From Takakia lepidozioides (taxonomy: Eukaryota; Plantae; Bryophyta), in assembly GCA_030704615.1 (NCBI GenBank), contig CM060732.1, positions 28,520,001 to 28,584,000 of the forward strand: a stretch of DNA of 64,000 bases, written 5' to 3'. Of this stretch, positions 36,896 to 48,597 are shown piece by piece. The position numbers and the translations under genes are program-made. Below the pieces are notes generated by a model, which was not told the origin of the DNA, made no database searches, and saw only the letters and a list, made by a program, of their open reading frames with translations. Position 1 is the first letter of the stretch. Each line of letters begins with the position of its first letter.

Positions 36896-39800
36896 CCCAC
36901 GGTAACCTGATATTCTTTGCCATGAAGAACTGAGCCAATAGACAACACTATGTAAATCCGTCCATATTCGGGGCAGGGACTTCGGTGATACGAGTCACCC
37001 GAGCCTGCAAAATTCTAGCCGATTCCATCTTGCAGTCGTGATCTGCACCCGAAGCGACACGACACACTGTTTTTCCATCTTTTTTTGTTGGGTGGGAGTC
37101 GGCACCGGGTGGAGGCATTGCCGGAGCATGTGGCACATCTGTGCCCACAGTGCATGAGGGCACCACCCGGGACCGTGCAAGACGGAACCCTCCCTCTTCC
37201 AGCATGCTTATCTCGGTTGATGACAACGACGTCCCAAGTTTCACAGGCCAAATTGCGGGGGGAGGGGGCTTCATTATCACCGAAGGACGAACTGTTCCCT
37301 TGACGCATCGTGCCATATCGTCTAGGTAGAACCAGAACTTGTGGTCCTTTGACTCCCCACTATGATAAGGTTGGAACAACCCTGTGAATGTTGGAGCTGG
37401 AGTCCTCCTGGAGCCTTTGCATATTTTTGATTTGCATTTCTTGAAAGAGGGGGTCCGAATTGCCATGCAAGCCACTCTAGATCCTGGTGGGGTGCGTTCT
37501 ATATGCCACTCATTGTCAATGCAATCTGATTCATGGACACCACCTCCTCCAATGGGATTCCTGCTGCTGTGCTTGCATGATTTGCACCTGCTCCACTGGA
37601 AGAGGACCCACCTAGGAAGGGGCGGGCACACGACTTAGTCTGCACCGGAGACACCTTTGGTACAGAGAAATTGACCCTGTCCGGCCGATGGGAATCTCCA
37701 TCTGACTCTGGAGGAGTGTTCAATTTCCTTTTGCATGATCCAAATCTTTCCTCGCCTTCCAAATGGGGGACCCTGGATTGCAAAGGGGAGCCTTCAGTGC
37801 ACCTGTTCAGAGCTCTAGCTATCTTCAATGGGTCTCCGGACCTACTCGCAGCCCTTAGCATCAACAAAGTCGTATCAAGGCCCTTGCCTCCGCCCTGTCC
37901 CATCAGAAAATTGCGGTATCTGGTTTGTTGTGTAAGTGCCCGCACCATGTCATCAGCAGTGGCCACATACAAGTCACGTCCTGATTTGGTAGACTGCTGC
38001 ATCCACGCGTTGTGAACAGTCTCCGCCAAATTACAGGATGGCATGTCAGCCAAGTCCTCCAAGGACATGTCCTGCAGGAGGCATTGCATGCAAATGTGAG
38101 GAACGAAAGAAAATGGAAGAGGTTCTGCAAGTGACAATCCAACAACCCCAAACGAACAGGCACGATGCAAAGTGAAATTTATGTTTCTGGGATTGAAGAG
38201 GCTTACCGTCGTCATGAAAGCTCCCCACTGTCTGTACCTGAAGTGCCAGACAACCAACCAGTCCTCCAACTCCTTCAGGTGGATACCAGTAGCAGCACCA
38301 GAGGAGAACCACCAAGCCCGGATTGCTTGGTAAGTGCTCTCAGCTTCTCCCATTGAGGTGGCATTTTTGTACCTGAGGCAGAGCCTTCTGTGCTCCAACT
38401 AGAGGTCAGGGCAAATGCAACGCTTTGTATGACGTGCCAGAGATTGACTCCAATGGAAGAGGCATGTGCGCTCCCTATTTTCCATTGGGACCTTAGGATC
38501 CCCCGAACCAAACACGCGCCGCACTGAATTGAAATTTGCCTGTGCACTATCAGCCATGAAGCCCGCAAAATTTGTGTTCTGCATTCCATTGCGCTGCATG
38601 ACGGCCAGGAGCGAATTCCACATGAGCATCTGGGATTCAGTGTCCTCCACTGCATATCACAAATTTCTATGGAGAGCACATGCTGGTACGCTGGATCGTA
38701 CACATGGCACGCCATGGTTATCCAACCCTTCACCCGTAAGCAGTAATCAAACATTAACCAACATTTAGCCAAATCTCCTCCAGGTTGCATTCGGCGGACT
38801 ATGCTCACACCACTGCCTTCGCCCACTATGGACATCTTGAACAAATACACCTTGGATGAGCCCTGGCCAGGGAAGATACTGTTTTGAATGAATTCATAGT
38901 GACTCCTTTGTTTGAGGTCCATAATGTTGTCCATGAATCCAGCACTGCCTGTGCCCATTCTGAGTGCATTCACCTGGTTTCGAATATTGGGAGAGCTCAA
39001 CACGGAGAAATGGTCCATCACTACATCAAGTGAATCTGCATCCAACATTGGTTGTGTCGCATCCCCTTCACCCAGTATGTGTTTTTCTAGGAATGCCTTG
39101 CTAGATGCAAGGGCTATAGCCTATAGCAGAAGGTGTTGCACAAGGGGCATTGTGGAATTCCTGCTTCAGTAGATTTCTAGCGATGTCCACGCTATCCCTG
39201 TAACTTCCTTTTGACACAGGATGCTCGTGTGTACCCATATGAATGCAGGCACGAGTCATTGTCTTGCATCGGTGTGCCACCTGGTACATACGAGTGTGGC
39301 ACACAGAAACACAAGACGGGGAAAGTTTGCAGAACCTGCACACAAAAGTATTGGTCTTGGGAGGGGCAAGCCCTGGGGTAGGATTCAGGGGCACACCTTC
39401 CCACTCACTTTCGTTTGGTTTAGCGCTGTTTCTCAGGCAAGGGCAAGAAATATTCACGCACTTGCAATGCCCAACGCAAACCGACCTTCAAAATTTCAAT
39501 CCAATGTCGTTGTGGATGTTCGATGTTTTTGTCCTGCACCAAGGGTGTTTGTCATGTTTCTTGTCCATGCCTTGCAGAAGCCCAGCTAGTCCATTAGAAG
39601 ATGTGGGAGGGTTGAGCTCAAACAAGATCCCCATCAAACTCTGCAGGCATATATTGAACCCGCTGCACCCGAAGGGACTCCCAATCAACAAAACGCAGTT
39701 CGCTCTTGCACCCAGGCACCCCTGCGAGGGCTTTCAATTTCGGAATGACACTCGTTATCTCCTGCAATTCGTCATCATCCAAGAATGGAGTCGGCACTGG

Positions 39801-41529
39801 CGGAGGAATCTCAGAAACATCCTCCGAGGACGAGTCTGAAAGAGTCACGAATGTAGTGGATGTGCTCACTTCTTGTTTCACATGAACTGTGCCCTTCTGC
39901 TGCACGACCGATGTTGCAGTGCCAGGGGTAACTACTGATCTTGCTGATTGTCTTCTCTCTTTTCCAAGGACCCAGTATGTGCCTGGAAGGACTCTCCACT
40001 TCCTTCCACACTCACCAACCAATGGTCTCTCCAAGTGCTTAGAATCCAAATTCCCATCCTCGTCATACACCTCTTTTTTAACAAGCAGAGAACCCAATTC
40101 CAGAGGGAACACTGTAACCAGCTCATCCTCATGAACAACTGCAAACCCATCCTCATCTGCAGTGGCAGTCAGTGGAAGACTACCTTCATTGGAATGAAAT
40201 CGAGCGAGTCTATCTCCCTCCTTGGACATGTTTTCCTACACTGACCCAAAGTTGCGATCCACAAAGGGTCCCCCGAACTGATAGTCCACAATTCTCGAAA
40301 GGGGATCCACCCCAAACGAACTGAAGTGAATAAAGGTAGCACGACCCAAAGACTGCGGGCGATGCATGCAATGGATGTAAGAATGACATGCACGGCGAAA
40401 GTCTGTACCGAACTTCGCAGTCAGTCACACTGAGAGACACCAACCAGAAAAACTGTTTTCAAAGACAAGAAGCCACAAGAAGCCGTGATGTATTTGGATG
40501 AAAAGAAAACCCTGAACATGACATGAAACCATCCATTATGGAAAGACGGCAACGACCCTGGAGACCAGTAAATAGGAAACCCCGAATCTAATGAGGTTGT
40601 GCTGTGCCAGAAGAGCGCAGCACAAACATTGACACTCCGGGGGACACCTCGCACGAATGTGTGCAACACATCACCATTGCCGATACAAACCTTTATACCG
40701 AATGACCCCATTGCGACGGTGACGACGAAATGCAAACCGCAAGGTAGGCAGTGCAACATACGTGGATGCATATGTGAAGCATCACAATTATTGCAAATAT
40801 GCAAGTACTGCTCGAAATTGAACTAGCAATAGATTTTTACGGCACTTCCGAATTTGAAAGAATGCAAGAAGGCTGGCATGTATTGGTAGCCGGCGAAGTA
40901 CATCTGACATATATCACAAGTACATGCAACGGCATTAGAAGTGCCACCACTTTTTTTCTTGGATAATTCAAAGACGCAGAAATGGATGAATTCCGTTCGC
41001 ACACAATGATGACACCCGCATCCAAATACGGTTAACAATGTCCAATTTTTATTTTGGATACATGCCAAAGTAACCTTTGTTGCAAACGTCAAACTGGAGA
41101 GCTCTAGAGGCAGCGTGGGGAGCCCTTGTTTCCAGTGGAGGAGGAAGAGAAGGAAGTCGTTATACTTTACAAGCACTAGGAACAGGAATAGAGCCAGACA
41201 TAGAATGAGGATGGAAAGAGTAGACGAAGAGGAAAAGGAGGAAGAAGAGGGCAAAGAGGAAAGTTTGGCGATGGAAGAGCCGGATTCTGGAGAAGAACAG
41301 CAGCCCGCCATACTTCCGAGAACAGGTGAGGAGGAACTGCATCCGAGGGAGAGTCGGACGCCGAAGATGATGTTGATGCTGGCCTCACGAAGAAGCAGAT
41401 AGTGGAAAAGATGATGGGGGAGATGTTCCAGAACATGCTCGGCGTAAAAAGCAATCCGAAGCGCAAAGGGTCTCCGGCGATTGTGGAGTCTTCTGGAGCA
41501 ACAAAAAAAAAGGTACAAGTGATGTCCAC

Positions 41530-43530
41530 ACCTATTTGGAAGCTCAAACAGAGTGCGGCAACGCACACTGTTTGAGACCCAGTCTTTGTGCTTCATTTTT
41601 GATGTGAAAATCAGTCAATTTGGGCCTGTCTGTCTGGTTCAATCCACAACTGATTGGAATCTCAAACAGTGTGCGGCAACGCACACAATTTGAGACCCCA
41701 TTTGTGCTTGTTTTTTGATATGGAAATCGCCTACATACGACATCTCTGTCTGGTTCAATCCACCCTTCTTTGCTTGTTTTTTCATGTGAAAATCGGGCAC
41801 CTAGGGCCACTCTGGCAGGTTGAATCCACCACTTATTGGAAGCTCAAACAGTGTGCGGCAACGCACACTGTTTTGAGCCCCCTCTCTGCTTGTTTTTTTT
41901 TAAATGTAAAATGGGGCCAAACAGGGCCACTCTGGAAGGTTGAATCCACCCCTTATTGGAAGCTCAAACAGTGAGCGTACACTGTTTGAGCCCCCCTGTG
42001 TGATTGTTTTTTGTTGTGAAAATAGGGCACATAGGGCCAATCTGGCAGGTTGAATCCACCCCGAATTGGAAGCTCAAATAGTGTGCGGCAACGCACACTA
42101 TTTGAGCCCCCTTCTTTGCTTGTTTTTTCATGTGAAAACCGGGCACCTAGGGCCACTCTGGTAGGATGAATCCAACACTTATTGGAAGCTCAAACAGTGT
42201 GCGGGCAACGCACACTATTTTGCGCCCCCTCTTTGCTTGTTTTTTGATGTGAAATGGGGCCAAACAGGGCCACTCTGGAAGGTTGAATCCACCCCTTATT
42301 GGAAGCTCAAACAGTGTGCGTCAACGCACACTGTTTGAGCCCCCCTGTGTGATTGTTTTTTGTTGTGAAAATAGGGCACATAGGGCCACTCTGGCAGGTT
42401 GAATCCACCCCGAATAGGAAGCTCAAACAGTGTGCGGCAACGCCACTGTTGTGAGCCCCCTCTCTGCTTGTTTTTTGATTTGAAATTGGGCCAGAGAGGG
42501 CCACTCTGGCATGTTGAATCCAACCCTTATTGGAAGCTCAAACAGTGTGCGTTGCCGCACACTGTTTGAGCCCCGTTATTTGCTTGTTTTTTGATGTGAA
42601 ATTCGGGCACATAGGCCACTCTGGCAGGTTGAATCCACCCATTATTGGAAGCTCAAACAGTGTGCGGCAACACACACTGTTTGAGCCCCCTTTTTTGCTT
42701 GTTTTTTGACTTGAAAATCGGCCACATACGGCCACTCTGGTAGGTTGAATCCACCCCTTATTGGAAGCTAAAATAGTGTGCGGCAACGCACACTGTTTGA
42801 GCCCCCTTATTTGCTTGTTTTTTGATGTGAAATTCGGGCACCTAGGGCCACTCTGGCAGGTTGAATCCAACCCTTATTGGAAGCTCAAACAGTGTGCGGC
42901 AACGCACACTGTTTTGAGCCCCCTCTCTGTTTGTTTTTTGATGTGAAAATCGGGCCCTTAGGGCCACTCTGGTAGGTTTAATCCACCCCGAATTGGAAGC
43001 TCAAACAGTGTGCGGCAACGCACACTGTTTGTGCCCCCTTCACTGCCTGTTTTTTTATTTGAAAATCGGCCACTCAGTGCCACTATGCCATGTTCAAATC
43101 ACCCTTATTGGAAGCTAAAATAGTGTGCGGCAACGCACACTGTTTGAGCCCCCTTTTTTGCTTGTTTTTTGATGTGAAATTCGGGCTTGTGAGGGTCACT
43201 CTGGTAGGTTGAATCCAACCCTTATTCGAAGCTCAAACAGTGTGCGGCAACGCACACTGTTTTGAGCCCCCTCTCTGTTTGTTTTTTGATGTGAAATTGG
43301 GCCAAACAGGGCCAGTATGCATGCTCAATACACCCATAGTTGGAAGCACGAACATTGTGCGGCAACGCACACTGTTGGTGCACCCTTCTTGGCCCCCTCT
43401 CTGCCTGTGTTTTGATGTGGTAATGTGCCACATAGGGCCAAATGTCATGTTTAAAACACCCCTATTTGGAAGCTGAAACAGTGTGCGGCAACGCACACTG
43501 TTTTCGGCCACCACACTGCTTGTTTTTTGA
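41530..43530. repeat. Tandem array of 17 ~116-bp units, each with the palindrome AAACAGTGTGCG-GCAA-CGCACACTGTTT
   Basis: Palindromes start near 41547, 41664, 41846, 41966 (deleted form), 42076, 42192, 42309, 42425, 42540, 42655, 42771, 42887, 43003, 43118, 43235, 43351 and 43476. Confidence 0.95.
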
Positions 43531-43630
43531 TGAGAGATTGGGGCACACAGGCCTGTCTGCCATGCTCAAAACACCATCGTTTCTTGCCTCTCTCTTATAT
43601 CAATTTGAATGAACAACCTTACAGGAGAAG

Positions 43631-46600
43631 ATGCAAAGGGTGGCGGATGAGAACCCTTCGGGGCAGGGGAAGGAGATCATTGTTGATGTGGACGATGAGT
43701 TCTATGAAAGCAAAGCCGCTGAGATGCTGGGTAGTCAGAAGGTAAACTCTCAGCTTGTGGTGCAAAGTATGCTTGCCCCGGGTGGGAGGTTGAAGATTCC
43801 CCTGTGTAGGTTTGTTTCCACGCCCGTCGTTCGTCCACCCCTCATCAAGGACATCCTGAAGCTGGAGGCCGAGTTTGTTGCTGGGTATTTGGATGGATCC
43901 GCAGTCTTTTACGTTTCTACTAGGGATTCCAGAGGCAATGAGCTCCTTGTGGATGAGTCAATCGTGGACTCCTGGGATCCCATTTGGAGACAGGTGAACG
44001 AATCCTTCGAACTTCTTCTCTCCAGGAAACCTTCAGCCCAGGCATTATCAGGGAAGATGTTTCACGTATGGGATGACAACCACCGGTTGCTTGCATGGAT
44101 GGCTGTCATTGGGAGGCTGCACTCACAGGAGGAAGAGTGGCATTACTCTGTTCGATCGATGGTGCTGGATTGTGATGGGAACATGATGGGTCTTCTGACG
44201 GCAATGAATGATGTGAACAAGTTGGTTTATCATTGTACATGTTCCAGTTGTGGTTCCGTGGTTCTTTTGTTCCAGTCCTCTGTTGACGGTTCTTCAATTT
44301 CATTCTGACTTTCACACATCATTCTGCAGAGGGACGGAGACATCGAATGTCAAAACGAGTCTGGTAGATACAAATGATCGGGTAGATGCCCTTGACCAAC
44401 TTCAAGACCATCCTTTCAGTAGAGACGTACAAGAAGTGTGAAAGCTCGAAGACATCAGAAACGTGGTACTTGTTGACCCGTGAGGCTTTCATGGAGTATA
44501 TGTACGCCGTGAGATACATCTTCCATCATCTGGCCTTTCGATATTCCTGCTTCCACATGTTTGTTTCTGTTTGTTTCCCTTGCCCTTGGGTTGATGCAAC
44601 TCTCGTGCATTCCCTTACAACAAGACATTGCAGATGCAGGAGAGCGTGACAAACTGGAATACTACAGTTCTACCTCTGAGGAGAGAAGGACAGCAAAGGG
44701 GGTTGAGAGTCACATCCAGAAAGAGATGACCGCCACAAGAAGAACTATTATTAGTGCTTTTGTTAAGCAATTGAGAATTGCCGACCCATCATTCGGACCG
44801 CAGTTTCTTCAAAGGTGAAAAACCATTACAACAAGCCAGGCAAGCCGGAGATGGCCCAGGAGAAGTTACACAGGTTGTCTACCGCCGTTGTGTCTTCAGA
44901 ACAGAAGGTGAAGTGGCTACAGATATGGAACTCCAATCCCACTGTTAGGGATACCCACATGTTCCCCAGGCTGAAGAAAGAGAAGAAGACCCAGCGTGTC
45001 ATTCCTATCAGTGACAATGCACTGGACACATGGCTTCACAAGGCCACTTAATGGAGCCAGGTATGATGTCCTTTGCTGTGTCACTTTCTTTTCGTTTTTT
45101 CTGTCATTCTCTTTCCATGTTACATTGGCTGTGATTGTTTTTGGGTTCATTCTTGCATTTGAATTGTTTTGCAGTTGGAGGAAAGGACCCGGTCGGTTCT
45201 ACATACGTAGCTGGCTGACTATGGGATCACCATGATAGCACCGAAGATCTCCTTCCAAGTATACATGAGGAAATGGAGAGCCACAGTGAGGCAATCTTGT
45301 TTATTCAGAGAGTTCAGCAAGGAGGGTGGCATCAGTTGAACAAATGAGCTTGACCAGCAAGAGAAAGGAGATGAAGCCTGGAAACGATGCCTTTACAAGT
45401 GCGAAATGGATTGTGCTTGTTTATTTTGCAAAGACACACTCTCCTCCATCCAACCTGTTTTAGGCTGGCTCATATGAGTTTGCGGTGCCGCACACTCATT
45501 TATTCTATCCGTGTGTAGTAACACCAACGTGCACACCCTGGGCCCTTCAGGCTATTTTGTGTGCGGTGGTTGTAGTGTACTGTGCCGCATACTCTTTTAG
45601 GAGGTCTTCGTGATGTGGTGGAAAAGCTGGGAGACAATAATTGCATTGTATAATGAGGCTGTCTCTGTTCCTGTAGGTACATAAAGTATGTTCTCATGGC
45701 AGAGAACTGCTTGGACAAACATCCTGATTTCGTGGACTTTTGGCTTGTCCCTGCTGGCAACCAGACCATGTTTACTACGGGGATCTTGCATGACTGGGGC
45801 CCAGACCATCTTTCTGCTTGTGGTTGGTATTTGGATTGCCCTACTTCTGAGACCCCAGCTCAGGAGGTGTCTTTGAGGAGAGAGAATGAGCGTATAGCAG
45901 CTACCGCCGCAGCAGCCGACCTCAACATTCATGATAGAAATTTGAGGACTCTTGCAGAGAAGGAGCCTCCCGCTCAGGATACCTCGGGTAGAGGTAGAAA
46001 GGCAAAAGGAAAGGATGTTGCTGGTGGTGTGGGGAAAGGAAGGGGTAGGGGGAAGGGGGCACAAGGGCAGGTGGGTGGGCAGGGAAGTGTTACAGATACT
46101 GGCCCTGCGGTGGATGTCCTGCAAACTCCACTGCATGGTAGGGGATCCGGGAGAAAGAACAAGGGGGTGGTTGATCCCAAGGACCCGTACCATGCAGTGG
46201 AGCATCCCACGAGGGTCATTCGCCCTACCAGGTTGGAGATGGCCAACGTCGGGTTCTTTGCCATGATGAAGTCCAAGAAATCTGATTACAAGGGCGAGCC
46301 ATCACCAGTGTGGGAGAGGATTGTGGAGTTCCTCGGCACGGTACATGTTGTTTTTTGCTTCTTGTCTGTTGTGGGCATGGATCGTTTCAATCCTCTTGAG
46401 CATTCCATTGCATGCTTGTTTGCAGGCTAAAATGACCAAATCCTGGGTGAACGGGAAGAAGAAGCCATATGCAGCCGAATTCATCATCTTGGACATCCCT
46501 GATGGGTTGCCAGTTCCGGATGTCCCTCCATCGGGTGCTTGTCCAGGTTGGAATGCTTTTAATGAGTGCTACTGGTGGTGGGTTTTCTCCTTTTGCAATT

Positions 46601-47870
46601 TTTTTTTCTGTCCGATGCAGGTGTTTTGGTGCTCATCCAGTCCATCGACCTTCGCTGTCGCCGTGCACTTGCCAGCTATTTGAAAGCCTGCGGTATGAGG
46701 GTCGTGAAGACATGGAATTGTGTGAACAACATGTACTTGACGAAGGGGGATCGTCTGGGAGAGATGGTAAATCTGCTTTCTTATTCCTCTTCTTAGTGGT
46801 TCTCGGATGGAGTTGCATAAGTCGCTCAAATGAATATGTAGGGGCCTGGTTTTCAAGCTTCTTAGTTCCTTGTGGATGTCCTGTTCACAGACTCGTTTGT
46901 TTGAAGTTGTTTGTCTCGTCCGAGTGCATCCACCTACGACTCCAGCCGTCATTAGGGAGTTCGCCATCACTCATGGGGGCAAGTTCATAGACAAGAGGAC
47001 AGATCCTCCCACGGATGACATGCACCACAACTACGTGGACAACAACGTGTGCTTGCGAAGGGGGAATGGGGTCCCTTGGAGAGGGGCCAGGGAGAGGAGC
47101 CCGGCTTTCATTCAAACAATTGTGGAGTGCTGCACCTACACAGACGCCAGAGTTCTGGATTTGTCAATGGGCACATGTTCATCTCTTCAACATTCACATT
47201 TCATGAGGTTTGTTTGAGCTTGCACTTTCAGCACTTCCCACCGTTCCAAATGTGTATTCAATGTCTGTTTCCTTCATTCTATTCCACTGCAGGTGCTTTG
47301 TACCATGCTTGCAAGGCCAGTGCGCGACATCTCTTTGGGATTGAAGGGGATGTTGAGATTTACAAGAACCTCCTGATGGGTTTGGGTGGACACACTTCTC
47401 AAGTCCTTCCGAAGCCCCTTCCCGGTGATATTGATACAGGGGAGACTTCCGACAAGGAGCTGAACTCTAACTTTGCCTGTGAGTAAGTTCAACCTGTGGA
47501 TGTTTGCATTGTTGTTTCAATACCCAGAATCACTGTTCTTAAGGCAAAGTGCACATGAGAGACATCCTCTTCGTTGGACTTGTGCATTGCATCATTGTGT
47601 TCAAAATGGGTTTTTGTCGACTTGTGCAGGAGTCCGCGTGCTTCCACTGACCCTCCAGGGCTATCACACATTTTTGGACTTATTTCAAGTCCTCCTCAGT
47701 CTTACGTGCTACCTGTCAATGCGGAGGCACTCGCAGCAAGCATGTCCGTTCATGACACTCGCAGTCCAAACATTGACGGCCGTGGTAAAAGACGTGGTGT
47801 TGGGGCCGGAATCTTTGTGGATGACATAGCACAGGAGGTCGATACTGATTCTGATGACTGTGACACTTGA
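43631..47870 (+). pseudogene. Multi-exon MULE cargo gene: ParB/Srx-like N-terminus plus beta-class N6A/N4C DNA methyltransferase-like C-terminus
   Basis: Exon 1 contains FHVWDDNHRLLAW (DGNHR-like). Later exons contain EFIILDIPDG (motif IV-like), then RERSPAFIQTIVECCTYTDARVLDLSMGT|xALYHACKASARHLFGIEGDVEIY (motifs X, I, II). About 9 GT-AG exons, with several frameshifts and stops. Confidence 0.7.
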
Positions 47871-48597
47871 TATGAAGTTTTCTTGTGCTTTTATCCGGGG
47901 CCAATTTTGAAATGGGATGGTTGTGTGTCCTTGTTGTCCTCTTTGCAACGTGTGCGTGGGATTTAAATTCATGGGAACAAACTATCGTTGGAGATGGGGG
48001 TTGCATGGACTGCCCGGATTGTTCCTTCAATCTATTTAGTGTTTTGCGGAGCTCACAGGCTTGTGTGCATTGCAAAAACAAACAAACGTCTTTGGTTCGG
48101 GTAGAGCATTCTCCCATCATTTGCTCGTTGGTCTCCAAACCATTCCTGCTAGAAGAATGCTTGGTAAATCCATCATGTTAACGTCCACGTGATCAAAGAG
48201 CGTTCAGGCATTCTCAATTCTGGTAAGCATCCATGATGCTCCCGCACATACTTGGCATGTTCGCAAGGGTGGTGAGTAAGAAAAGATTTCGCAGGGATCC
48301 GCTTTGGATGATGTGAGTGTGCACCTGCTCACGACGTAGCTACATTCCAATGCAGGGGCTTGGTATGTTGATAACGTCTAAATGGATGCAATGGATAGAA
48401 ATGATGGATACAATGGATGTAACACATCCAGTCTGCATTCCCTGGAAATGGCTGATCAACCCGCGATAATAGGTGACACCCGCGGAAATAGGCCCTGTAT
48501 GCATGCTGACGTGGCGTGAGCCTGTGCTGGGCTCACGGTTTCCTGGGCTCACAGGCTCACGCCTCCGGGCTCACGTAATAGCACCCCCTCAGCGTAG

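Larger units (their letters stand above)
29684..40229 (-). pseudogene. MULE-type transposase (GCM/WRKY-like Zn domain, DDE core, SWIM), frameshifted and interrupted by the gypsy
   Basis: CRFC..SPSC...C...CIHMGTHEHP; WLMFD; GFMADSAQANF; RTCLFHW; SCNLAETVHN. SWIM reconstituted across the LTR element: EYQVTV|GNFLTCTCPDF...VPYKH. Confidence 0.8.
29304..48588. mobile_element. Mutator-like (MULE) DNA transposon without true TIRs, ~12.3 kb net
   Basis: 9-bp TSD TCAGCGTAG (29295-29303 and 48589-48597). Both ends carry clustered GTGAGCC/GGCTCAC motifs. Encodes a DDE+SWIM transposase. Confidence 0.85.

Noticed and set aside
40823-41596. 257-aa minus ORF and acidic plus ORF 41115-41402
   Set aside because: Low-complexity purine-biased sequence with no recognisable domain; the strand cannot be decided.
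41530-43530. CRISPR array
   Set aside because: The sequences between palindromes are homologous to each other rather than unique spacers, there are no cas genes, and the context is eukaryotic.
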